From NCBI GenBank assembly GCA_963761335.1, contig CAVXGR010000018.1:384001-448000 (forward strand): a stretch of 64,000 nt of DNA. The letters are read 5' to 3'. The notes under the pieces were generated by a model. The model was not told the origin of the DNA. It did not search any database and saw only the letters and a program-made list of their open reading frames with translations. Positions within the stretch are counted from its first letter, which is position 1; each line of letters begins with the position of its first letter. Position numbers and translations under genes: made by a program. This DNA is from an uncultured delta proteobacterium (GTDB lineage Bacteria > Desulfobacterota > Binatia > HRBIN30 > BPIQ01). Positions 1 through 8,581 of this stretch are shown here, one piece after another.

Positions 1-531
1 TATGACGGCGCTTTCGGCAGCGACTACGACTATGTCGACTGGGGGGTGAGCTCGGTGCTGACGCAGGCGCTGTGGAGCTACAGCAGCGTGGCCGCGTTCC
101 AGGTGCTGAACGGCTTCAGCGAGCCGCTGAACGGCAGTCGGGTCGCGAACCAGGGGCTCTACAGTCTCGGCGGCTCGCGCTCCATCCGCGGCATCGGCGC
201 CGAGGAGCAGCTCGGTCGCAACATCCTGATGGTGCGCGCCGAGCTCCGCCAGCAGATCTACCCGGAGCTGGATCTGAATCTGCTCGACCTTCTCGTCCTG
301 CGGCGACCGCAGCTGCGCCTGTTCATCGACAGCGGCCGCGTTGAGAACTCCGCCGGTCGGGTCTACGACGTCGGTGGCTTCGCCGTCGGCGGCGGCGTCG
401 GGCTGGGTGCGGTGTACGAGTTCATGGGATTCTTCCCGGCACTCGCCTACGTCGAGCTGGCGACGCGCCTGGACGGTGGCACGGACCAGGGTACGGTACA
501 GTTTCTCTTTGGCTCGCGCCAGCCGTTCTGA
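1..531 (+). CDS. Omp85/BamA-TamA family outer-membrane beta-barrel, C-terminal part (5' truncated by the window)
   Basis: Frame is open from base 1. LGGSRSIRG resembles the Omp85 loop-6 (V/I)RG motif. Amphipathic strands (LRLFIDSGRV, GGGVGLG) and a terminal Phe. Confidence 0.65.
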   Translation, partial: YDGAFGSDYDYVDWGVSSVLTQALWSYSSVAAFQVLNGFSEPLNGSRVANQGLYSLGGSRSIRGIGAEEQLGRNILMVRAELRQQIYPELDLNLLDLLVLRRPQLRLFIDSGRVENSAGRVYDVGGFAVGGGVGLGAVYEFMGFFPALAYVELATRLDGGTDQGTVQFLFGSRQPF

Positions 532-603
532 GGCGCCGGAGCCTCCGGGGCAGGGTGGTGTCTAAGTGACGCTTGCGATTATTTCCGCGCCCGCTGCGCC
601 GAG

Positions 604-742
604 TTCCCTCTCCCCGCATTTCCGCGGGGAGAGGAATGAGGAGAGGGGCCCCTTTTCACTGGAGGCTCGCAGATCTTCGCGGCCTTCAAAGAGATCGGTA
701 CCCTCGCCCCGGCCCTCCCGCAGGCAATGCGGGAGAGGGAGC
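604..742. repeat. REP-like palindromic element: two mutually inverted CCCTCTCCC..GGGAGAGG hairpins
   Basis: ttccctctccccgc-atttcc-gcggggagaggaa (604-636) and ccctcgccccggccctcccgca-ggcaa-tgcgggagagggag (701-741) lie in the intergenic gap. Confidence 0.55.
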
Positions 743-901
743 CCGCGCCCGCGGCGACCAGACTGACCACAATCCTGCGTGTCAATATCCGGCATCGGGG
801 AACTTAGACACTACTCGGGGCAGCGAGCACGGGGCAGCGAGCCTCTTGCCGCACCCGGGACGGAACGGCTAAGTACTCCGGGTGACTGGGAGGAACCCCG
901 A

Positions 902-1189
902 TTGGATCGCGACGAGTTGAAGCACAAGCTGAAAGCCCTGCTGGTCGAGGGACTGAAGCTCGAGAACACGCGGCCGGAAGACATTCAGGACGCCGAGCCG
1001 ATCTTCGTCGAGGGGTTGGGGCTGGACTCCATCGACGCTCTCGAGCTGGTGGTGCTCGTCGAGGAGAACTTCCAGGTGAACATCCCCGACGAGGAGGTCG
1101 GCAAAACCGCTTTTTCCTCCATCGACGCGCTGGCGGACTTCGTTCTCTCCAGCCAGAGCGGCGCTGCGGCTCCGGCCTCCCGCGCCTAG
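902..1189 (+). CDS. Acyl carrier protein, aryl-polyene-type
   Basis: LGLDSIDALEL phosphopantetheine motif. TTG start at 902 follows a GGAGGA SD; the ORF-track start at 779 is probably too long. Confidence 0.92.
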   Translation: MDRDELKHKLKALLVEGLKLENTRPEDIQDAEPIFVEGLGLDSIDALELVVLVEENFQVNIPDEEVGKTAFSSIDALADFVLSSQSGAAAPASRA

Positions 1190-1206
1190 CCTCCCTCTGC
1201 TGGGCC

Positions 1207-1827
1207 GTGGCGCTGCTCTGCCGCGCCCTTCCGGGAGCCGCTGCCGGCGCCGACCTCTGCGTGTCCAGCGCCGACTGCCTGCAGCGGCTGCGAGAGGCAC
1301 AATCGCAGACGCGCACGCTCGCCGCGGATTTCGTGCAGACCAAGCATCTGAGCCTCTTGGCCCAGCCGTTGACCTCGAGCGGACACTTCACCTTCAAGGC
1401 ACCCGACCGGATTCGCTGGCAGGTGGAGAAGCCGCAGCCGCTCACGATTCTGATCAATGGTCGCGACGTCGACATTCCCGGGCTCTCGACCAGCGATCGC
1501 GACGCCTTGGCGCAGGCGCCGTTGGCCAGCCTGTTCACCGAGCTCGGTGCGGTGTTCACCGGCTCGCTCGACCGGCTGCAGGAGAGCTTTGCGGTGGACG
1601 CCGGCGCACACCAGGCAGATATCTGGCTGAAGCTGGCGCCGCGTCAGGACTCGTGGAAGCGGCTGTTTCGGCGCATCGACATCGAGTTCGCCGCGCCCGC
1701 ATTCCTCCCACAGCGCATGCGGCTGGAGAACGCCTTCGGTGATCGCATCGACATCGAGTGGACGAACGTGCGGCGCAACCTCGAGGTCCCCGACTCGGCG
1801 TTTCGCCGCGGCGCCGGAGGTGGATGA
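1207..1827 (+). CDS. LolA-like outer-membrane lipoprotein/lipid carrier
   Basis: TLAADFVQTKHL...SSGHFTFKAPDRIRWQVEKP and GDRIDIEW motifs typical of LolA-like proteins in aryl-polyene clusters. Start uncertain. Confidence 0.8.
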   Translation: MALLCRALPGAAAGADLCVSSADCLQRLREAQSQTRTLAADFVQTKHLSLLAQPLTSSGHFTFKAPDRIRWQVEKPQPLTILINGRDVDIPGLSTSDRDALAQAPLASLFTELGAVFTGSLDRLQESFAVDAGAHQADIWLKLAPRQDSWKRLFRRIDIEFAAPAFLPQRMRLENAFGDRIDIEWTNVRRNLEVPDSAFRRGAGGG

Positions 1828-2243
1828 CGCGCCCGCCCGCGGATGCCCCCGGCACGCCGCACGCCTTTCCGTTTCGGCTTCTCGATCGCGTCCTGGCGAC
1901 CACTCCGGGGCACCTCGCCGTGGGACTGAGGAATCTCAGCCGCGGCGATCCCCTGGTGAATGCAGAGGGATCGCTGCCGGCGGCTCTTCTCGCCGAAGCG
2001 ATGGCGCAGGTCGCCGGGGTCGCGGCCGCAGCGGGCGAGGCGGCGGCGGTGCTGGTGCGCATCGAACGGTTTCGCTGCCGGCGCCGGCCGCTTGCGGGGG
2101 AGCAGCTGTTGGTATCGGCGCAGGTTCTGCGGCGTTTCGGGGCACTGGTTCGCGTCCGCGGCGCGGTGCGCGTCGATGGGCGCCGGTGGGCGGCGGCGGA
2201 GCTGGTGCTGCACCTCGCCCCGGCGCAGGGCGGTACAGCGTGA
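1824..2243 (+). CDS. FabZ/FabA-like 3-hydroxyacyl-ACP dehydratase (hotdog fold)
   Basis: PHAFPFRLLDRV and LLAEAMAQ motifs. ATGA overlap with the upstream stop. Confidence 0.82.
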   Translation: MTRPPADAPGTPHAFPFRLLDRVLATTPGHLAVGLRNLSRGDPLVNAEGSLPAALLAEAMAQVAGVAAAAGEAAAVLVRIERFRCRRRPLAGEQLLVSAQVLRRFGALVRVRGAVRVDGRRWAAAELVLHLAPAQGGTA

Positions 2244-2989
2244 GCCGCGGGGGAGGGCGGATACTGGTCGCCGTCGCCGCCCTGCTCGGCGGCTGCGTGG
2301 CGGCGGCTCCGCCGATGCCGCCGCCGTCGCTCGCCGGCCTCGGTCCCCAGCAGCTTCTCGAAGCCGTACGCCGGCGCGAGAGCCGTGTGGAGTCGATGCG
2401 CGCCGTATTTCGCGCCGAGACCGAGAGCGGCAGCGAGCGGCGGTCTTCCGAGGGAGTCCTGCTGGTGCGCAAGCCGGATCGCTTCCGCATGCGCTTGATG
2501 ATGCCGCTTGGACTGACCGTTCTCGACTACGTGAGCTGGGGAGATCGGACGCAGCTGACGTTGCCGCTGCAGGATCGCGTGCTCACGGGTCCCGCCGCCG
2601 AGCAGCTCGGCCCATTCTCACGCCGCGACGTCGGCGAGGCCTTCCTGCGCGGCCGGCGCGCCTTTCCGGGACGATGCGAAGCGCGTCGCGAAGCCCCGGC
2701 CGTGCTCGTTATCTGTCGTGATCCCGGCGGATCCGTCCTGCGGCGAATGCGGATCGATGCGGCTACGGGTGCAATTCTCGAGGAGACCTCCTACGAAGAG
2801 GGCGCGCTGCGACTGCGCCTCACCTACGATGACTACCGCAGCGTTTCCGGTGCCTATCTGCCGTATCGGATCCAGCTCTCCTATCCACAGCGCTCGCTGT
2901 CGGTGCACATCGACGTCCTCCGCTACGAAGTAAACCCGCAGCTCGCGGACGCGCTGTTCGAGCCGCTGCTCCCCTGGAATCGAAAATGA
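2240..2989 (+). CDS. Lipoprotein with probable LolA/LolB-like fold (DUF4292-like)
   Basis: GTGA overlap. Lipobox LLGGC, LVRKPDRFRM, YDDYRSV..YLPYRI and NPQLADALF motifs. Confidence 0.65.
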   Translation: MSRGGGRILVAVAALLGGCVAAAPPMPPPSLAGLGPQQLLEAVRRRESRVESMRAVFRAETESGSERRSSEGVLLVRKPDRFRMRLMMPLGLTVLDYVSWGDRTQLTLPLQDRVLTGPAAEQLGPFSRRDVGEAFLRGRRAFPGRCEARREAPAVLVICRDPGGSVLRRMRIDAATGAILEETSYEEGALRLRLTYDDYRSVSGAYLPYRIQLSYPQRSLSVHIDVLRYEVNPQLADALFEPLLPWNRK

Positions 2990-5466
2990 CCGCCTCGTGG
3001 CGCTGCTGGGTCGCCTGGATCGAGCGGCACCGCGTCGCGGTCGTCGTTGTCTCGGTGGCGCTCTGCCTTCTCTCTGCGGCATCGCTGACGCGCCTGCGCC
3101 TCGACCTCGATGTCCTCGGCATGCTGCCGCAAGGGGCTCCGGAGTTCGACAGCTTCAAGGCCTTCGTCGCTGACTTCGGCGAGCTGGACGAGCTCGTCGT
3201 CTTGCTCCGCGGCGCGTCGCTGCCGGAGATGGAGAGCTTCGCCGACCAGCTCGCCACTCGGCTGGAGCGCCTCGATTCAATCGACAGCGTGCACGAGCGC
3301 GTCGACGTCGAGGCCCTGCTCGACGGCATTCTCGGACGCTATCTGTTCAACTACCTCCCCGAGCAGGGCTACCGCGAGCTGGCCGATCGCCTCACGCCCG
3401 CCGGCATCGAAGCGCAGGTCGAGGCCGACCGAGCCGTGCTCGCCGCACCTCTCGATCTCAGCGCCGCCGGCGCCATCGTGGAAGACCCGCTGGGAGTACG
3501 GCGCATGGTCGCGGCGCGTCTCGCCCAGGCGGAGGGCAAGCTGGCGCCCGCGGAATCCAGCGGATACTTCGTCGCCCCTGGCGGGAGCGCTCTCCTGGTG
3601 CTGGTTCGCCCGCGGCAATCGGCTTTCGACGTGTCCTTCAGCGAGCGCCTGATGCGCCAGGTCCGCGAAGCGGAGGCCGACGTTCGGCGCGGCGGGGCGT
3701 GGGGGAATCTGCAGGTCGATTACACCGGCAGCTACGTTTACGCCCTCGAGGACGCGGCGACCATCAGGGGAGACGTGACCCGCTACTCCGTGCTGGCGCT
3801 GCTCGGTGTCCTCGGCGTCTTCTACATCGGCTATCGCGGTCTGCGCATCCTTCCGTTCGTGACCTATCCTTTGATCGTGACTACCTTGCTGACCTTCGCG
3901 TTCTCCGTGGTGCTCTTCGAGCAGCTGAATGCCGTGTCGATCAGCTTTGCGGCAATTCTCTACGGGCTGTCGATCGATTCGGGCATCCACTTCTATACGC
4001 GCCTCCAGCAGGAGCGCGGCCGCGGCGATCTGCGCCGGGCGGTGGAGCAAACGCTGGCGCATCTCGGCCGCGCCAACGTCGCCGCCTCGGCGACCACGGC
4101 GGCGGTGTTCGCCATCATCGCCTTCTCCGTTCTCGGGGCGGTGCGACAGCTCGGCATTCTCACGGCCATCGGCATGGTGCTCAACTCTCTCGAGTTCTTC
4201 ACGCTCTATCCGGCGCTGGCGTTCCTGTTGCTGCGAGGCGACGGCGGTGCGGCGCCGGCACTCGATACGCCCGGAATCGCTCGTATCGCTACGGGAGCAG
4301 CGCGCCACGCCCGCGTCGCGGCTGCGGTCGTCGCGGTGGCGGCGGTGGTGCTGCTGGCCCTCAGCGTCGATGTGGGCTTCGATGTGCACCTCGACCACCT
4401 GCGGCCGCGGGGCTCGGCGGCCGCACGGGTTCAGGCGGCGATCGCCGAACTGTTTGCCGGCGAGGAAATGAGCGGTGCGATCCTGGTGCGGCGACCCGGT
4501 CTCCAGCCCGCGCTGGAGGACAGCGAGGTTCTGGCGGGGGCGCTGGAGCACTATCGCCGCGACGGCCGACTCCAGGCGATGCAGAGCCTCGAGTCGGTGC
4601 TGCCGTCCGAACGCGTGCAGCGCGCGCGTCTGGCGGCCTATGCGCGCCTGCCACGCGCCGCCGCGGTTGGTTGGCTGCGGCAGTCGCTCCAGCGGAACGG
4701 TTTTGCTGTCGCCCCATTCGAGCCATTCCTGGCATCGTTCCGCGGCGATCGCACCGCGCTGGTGCACCTCGGCGATGCGGTGCTGGCGCCTGTGGCGGAG
4801 GTGATCGATCGTCACCTGCGCATGCGCCGCGGCGAGGCGATCGTGGCGACCTACGTGCAGCCTGCCGCACAGACCGATCTTGCGGAGATCGGTGCGCGTT
4901 TGCGGCAGGACGCGCCGGCGGTGCCTTTCGACGTCGCCGGGCGACCTCTTCTCGAGCAGAGGCTGGGGAAGGAGCTGAAGCGCGAGGCGAAATGGTTCCT
5001 GGTGCTGGCGCTGCTCGGAAATCTGGGCCTGCTGTTGCTCGGCCTTGGCAGCGCCGCGACGGCCCTGGCCGTCCTGGCACCGGTCGCCGTGGCCTTGTTG
5101 GCGGTGTTCGCCTGCATGTCGCTGCTCGGCATCACCCTCGATCCGGTGAACCTGACGGTCGTGCCACTGATCCTGGGGCTGGGAGTGGACGACGGCGTGT
5201 ACATTCTCGCCGTCACCGAGGAGACCGGAGACCTCACCACGGCCTTTCGGCGCGGCGGCCGGGCGCTCATCATCACCTCGCTCACCACGGTGGCGGGGTT
5301 CGGTTTTCTCGGTTTCTCGCGCTATCCCGCCCTGGCCACCATGGGGAGGCTGGCCGCTCTCGGATTGTTTCTGTGTATGGTGTTGACCATCACCGTCCTC
5401 CCCGCCTTGCTGGTCTTGGTCTCCCGGGGGCCGCTGACCGGCCAGAGCGCGATGAGGGGAAGGTGA
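2986..5466 (+). CDS. MMPL/RND-family lipid exporter
   Basis: Two TM repeats with GLSIDSGIHF and GLGVDDGVY motifs and large periplasmic loops; 826 aa. Confidence 0.9.
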   Translation: MTASWRCWVAWIERHRVAVVVVSVALCLLSAASLTRLRLDLDVLGMLPQGAPEFDSFKAFVADFGELDELVVLLRGASLPEMESFADQLATRLERLDSIDSVHERVDVEALLDGILGRYLFNYLPEQGYRELADRLTPAGIEAQVEADRAVLAAPLDLSAAGAIVEDPLGVRRMVAARLAQAEGKLAPAESSGYFVAPGGSALLVLVRPRQSAFDVSFSERLMRQVREAEADVRRGGAWGNLQVDYTGSYVYALEDAATIRGDVTRYSVLALLGVLGVFYIGYRGLRILPFVTYPLIVTTLLTFAFSVVLFEQLNAVSISFAAILYGLSIDSGIHFYTRLQQERGRGDLRRAVEQTLAHLGRANVAASATTAAVFAIIAFSVLGAVRQLGILTAIGMVLNSLEFFTLYPALAFLLLRGDGGAAPALDTPGIARIATGAARHARVAAAVVAVAAVVLLALSVDVGFDVHLDHLRPRGSAAARVQAAIAELFAGEEMSGAILVRRPGLQPALEDSEVLAGALEHYRRDGRLQAMQSLESVLPSERVQRARLAAYARLPRAAAVGWLRQSLQRNGFAVAPFEPFLASFRGDRTALVHLGDAVLAPVAEVIDRHLRMRRGEAIVATYVQPAAQTDLAEIGARLRQDAPAVPFDVAGRPLLEQRLGKELKREAKWFLVLALLGNLGLLLLGLGSAATALAVLAPVAVALLAVFACMSLLGITLDPVNLTVVPLILGLGVDDGVYILAVTEETGDLTTAFRRGGRALIITSLTTVAGFGFLGFSRYPALATMGRLAALGLFLCMVLTITVLPALLVLVSRGPLTGQSAMRGR

Positions 5467-6434
5467 AGCGGCCGAACGCGATGTCACCTCGCCTACTGCT
5501 CGTCCACAATCCCCACTGTGTGGCTCGCTCCGGCTCCCCCCTGTGGGAGGCGGCGGTGTCGGCGCTGCATGCGCGGGCCTCCGCGTGCGCCTCGGTGGGG
5601 ACGCAGGGGGATGGTGGGGACGCGGAACGCATCGCGGGGGCCATCGCCGCGAGTGCTCCCGAGGTCGTGGTCGCTGCCGGCGGCGACGGCACCGCGAGCG
5701 ACGTCGTCCATGCAGTGCTCGCCTCGGCGGCATCGCCGAAACCGGACGTGGCGCTGTTTCCTCTCGGCACCGGCAACAACGCGGCACGCTCGCTGGGAAT
5801 GCGCTCGTGCCACAGCGCCGATCCGACCGCCTTCGATCTCGCCGTGGAGGCGGCGCTGGCGGGTCGCTCACGCCCCACCGACGTCGGCCGCCTCGGCCAG
5901 CGGCACTTCATCGGCTCGGCAGCCGTCGGCATGGACGCCGACATTCTCCATCTCCGCAACCGCCTGCGCTCCCGGCTGGCCGGGGAGAGCCGCATTGGTG
6001 GCTATCCCCTCTACCTGGCGAGCTGCGGCTTGAATCTCTTCCGTTCGCACGGGGGCTCGGCGCGGTTGACGGTGGACGGGACCGAGAGCCGCGCCCGAGT
6101 GTACAACCTGCTGATCGCCAACACCGCTCTGTACGCCGGCGAGTTTCGTTTTGACGCCGCCGAGAGCTCCGACGATGGCTGCCTCGACGTGCTCGTCTTT
6201 CGCGGCGCGATCGACTACGTCGCCGGCTTCGTATCCGCGTGGCGGCGCCACCTGCGCCATGGCCGCGGCCGCCCGGTTCGACCCGACCGGCGCCTCCGCC
6301 GCGTCCGCCAGCTGACGGTTCAGCTCGAGGCGCCGCTGGCCTGCCAGCTCGACGGCGAGGAGATCGAGCCCCGTGCCGAGCTCGCGTTCGACGTTCTACC
6401 GGGCGCCGTGCGCGTGCGTGTCCCGCGGAGCTGA
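5463..6434 (+). CDS. Diacylglycerol/sphingosine kinase family lipid kinase (YegS/DagK-like)
   Basis: AAGGDGT, PLGTGNN, GMDA and QLDGE motifs. GTGA overlap with the MMPL stop. Confidence 0.88.
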   Translation: MKRPNAMSPRLLLVHNPHCVARSGSPLWEAAVSALHARASACASVGTQGDGGDAERIAGAIAASAPEVVVAAGGDGTASDVVHAVLASAASPKPDVALFPLGTGNNAARSLGMRSCHSADPTAFDLAVEAALAGRSRPTDVGRLGQRHFIGSAAVGMDADILHLRNRLRSRLAGESRIGGYPLYLASCGLNLFRSHGGSARLTVDGTESRARVYNLLIANTALYAGEFRFDAAESSDDGCLDVLVFRGAIDYVAGFVSAWRRHLRHGRGRPVRPDRRLRRVRQLTVQLEAPLACQLDGEEIEPRAELAFDVLPGAVRVRVPRS

Positions 6435-6435
6435 G

Positions 6436-6473
6436 CGGGAGAAGAACGGCGGGCTCGGCCATTCTCCTCCCGC
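6436..6473. terminator. Imperfect hairpin between convergent genes
   Basis: gcgggagaagaa...attctcctcccgc inverted repeat. Confidence 0.35.
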
Positions 6474-6481
6474 GGCGCGGA

Positions 6482-8380
6482 TCAGATGACGTACTCGAGC
6501 TGGAACATGACGTTGTCGCGGTCGCGCAGCAGGCTCACACCGCTGTTTCCCAGGAGGGAGGCGGCGTCGAGGATGTCGTATGACACCGTGAAGCGGAACG
6601 GGTCTCGCAGCATGGTCACCGCCGGGATGTAGGTGAAGGCACCGCTCCAATCATAGAAGAAGGTGAAGCTGGGCTCCCACTGCGCTCCCCAGGCGAGATA
6701 CGAGGTGGTGACGAAGAGCGTTTGCAGGAACTGGTCGGCCTGGCTGCGCACGAAGACCGGCCGAATGGCCCCGAGGCTCGGCTGCTGAGAGAGCACGTAG
6801 GCCCCCGCGACCGGCAATACCATGTCGTCGGGAGCGTTCTTGATGTGCTTGTAGAAGAACTGCGTCGAGATCAGGAAGCTGTTGCGCTTGTTGAGGGGGC
6901 GGACGAACTGGTTCAGATCCATGCCGACGACGAAGTTGATGGAATCTCGCGTCAGCGTGCCGCCGGTGTTCGGACCTTTGCCGCCACCGGCCGGGAAATG
7001 ATAGGTGAAGGGATCGAGCTGGCTCTGGCTGTACGCCGGCTCATCCTTGAAGTAGGCCAGCTCGGAGCGAATGATCGGCTCGCCGCTCAGATAGATTTTT
7101 CGGGAGAGACTCACCGGCACCGCGAAGCTCGCCGTGGCGCCGCTCACCTGCATGCGGGCGGGCACCTGTACGGCATAGGCGGTGGGGCCGACGACTGCGT
7201 ACTGGCCCGGTCCGAGATTGTTGGGTTGGTCGATGGGGACATTGAGAACCGGAGCCGGACAGCCGGGAAGCTGGGCGTTCGAACGCGTCGAGATCTTCTG
7301 GGCCGGAAAGTCGTTGGCAACGCACGTCTGCACCTTCGGATTGTCGGCGAAGGTGTAGTAATGGGCGAGACTCCAGGTCACGTCGAAGGCGTTGAAGACC
7401 AGGCGGGCGCCGCCGCGGGTGTTGCCGATGGTGCGCGTCGGGCGATAGATGAAATCCCAGGTCTGTCCGGGAGGGATGCCTCCCCAGGTGCCCGCGTTCG
7501 GCAGCGTCCACGGCGACCCCGGAGTCGTTCCGGGATAGTACGAGACCGAGTTGTCGAAGGCGGCGTAGGCCTCGAGGTACGCCTGTGAAACCTCGTCGCC
7601 GACGTCGCCGATGTAGTAGCTGGTGCGGATCATGTCGAGCGGCACGCGCCGCTCGTCGAGGTCGATGAGAAATCCGCCAAAGCTGGAGTCGATGGGGTTG
7701 ATGTTGTCCATCAGACGGAAGTTGTCGGTCTCGCCCCAGACGAGGATCTGTCGCCCGGCGCGCACGAACAGGCTACCCAGCTCCATGTCGATGTAGGCCT
7801 GGAACAGCCGATTTCGATTCGAGGCACGCCGGTGCAGGATGCTGCGGTTCAAGGCGATATCGGGACAGATCCCCAGGGTGCAGGTGTTCGGCGGATTATA
7901 CGTGCCGCTGGCATCCTCGAGCAGAGACAGGTACTGCTCGCGGGTGCGGTACTCCGCTGGACCCCAGTCGTAGATGCCGTCCCCCTCGCCGCGATAGGCC
8001 AGGAAGTACTTCAGCTTGGTGACCTTGAAGGGCAAGTCGTTGAGCAGCGCCAGCGGTCCGAATCCCTTGCGCATGAGCTCGGTCACGTCGTGCTCGAAGT
8101 CGGCCTCCAGGAAGAAGCGATTCTGCCGGAGGTGGCCGGCGGGCGAGTGCGGGAACGTCTGGGAGATCTGCGAGAACACCGGCCCAGTGCCCGGGATGTT
8201 CTCGCGGAAGATGGTCTGGTCGGTGGCTTCAGTGCCGACGCGCGCGTTGGCGTAGGCGCGCAAGCCCAACTTGATGGTGCCTCCCTCGTCCAGATAGTAG
8301 CCGTGCGCCGCAGGGCCCCAGATGACGACCAGGGCCGTGAGCGCACAGGCGATGCGAGCTGCCCGGGAAAGACCTTTCAT
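6482..8380 (-). CDS. DUF1302 family outer-membrane protein
   Basis: Signal peptide, RAGRQILVWGETD...MDNINPID motif and C-terminal RDRDNVMFQLEYVI. Adjacent to DUF1329. Confidence 0.8.
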   Translation of the reverse strand: MKGLSRAARIACALTALVVIWGPAAHGYYLDEGGTIKLGLRAYANARVGTEATDQTIFRENIPGTGPVFSQISQTFPHSPAGHLRQNRFFLEADFEHDVTELMRKGFGPLALLNDLPFKVTKLKYFLAYRGEGDGIYDWGPAEYRTREQYLSLLEDASGTYNPPNTCTLGICPDIALNRSILHRRASNRNRLFQAYIDMELGSLFVRAGRQILVWGETDNFRLMDNINPIDSSFGGFLIDLDERRVPLDMIRTSYYIGDVGDEVSQAYLEAYAAFDNSVSYYPGTTPGSPWTLPNAGTWGGIPPGQTWDFIYRPTRTIGNTRGGARLVFNAFDVTWSLAHYYTFADNPKVQTCVANDFPAQKISTRSNAQLPGCPAPVLNVPIDQPNNLGPGQYAVVGPTAYAVQVPARMQVSGATASFAVPVSLSRKIYLSGEPIIRSELAYFKDEPAYSQSQLDPFTYHFPAGGGKGPNTGGTLTRDSINFVVGMDLNQFVRPLNKRNSFLISTQFFYKHIKNAPDDMVLPVAGAYVLSQQPSLGAIRPVFVRSQADQFLQTLFVTTSYLAWGAQWEPSFTFFYDWSGAFTYIPAVTMLRDPFRFTVSYDILDAASLLGNSGVSLLRDRDNVMFQLEYVI

Positions 8381-8581
8381 GCGACACCCTCCTCCTCTGC
8401 CAGCTCCACCTCGGCAATCTTCCGGCACTCCTCGCCGAGGCCGTGGCACAGTGCATGCCGATCGCATCAGCTCGGTCGGCTATCGCTTCCGGTTCCCTCA
8501 CTTCGCGAAACCCACAACCGCAGAATCTGACTTCCACAAAACGCGGTGTCTCGCAAACCCCACATCCTGGACCGCCGCACG

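Noticed and set aside
3699..5462. Apparent large N-terminal extensions or fusions in the ORF track (lipid kinase, KS1, CLF2, flippase, DegT, ndh, paralog B)
   Set aside because: The extensions overlap neighbouring real genes out of frame. True starts coincide with SD sites or stop/start overlaps.
3277..5871. Very long antisense/alternate-frame ORFs (e.g. 3277-5871, 12553-14682, 25585-27924, 29687-31753, 55855-57606)
   Set aside because: They are shadows of well-supported genes, expected at this GC content, and show no family motifs.
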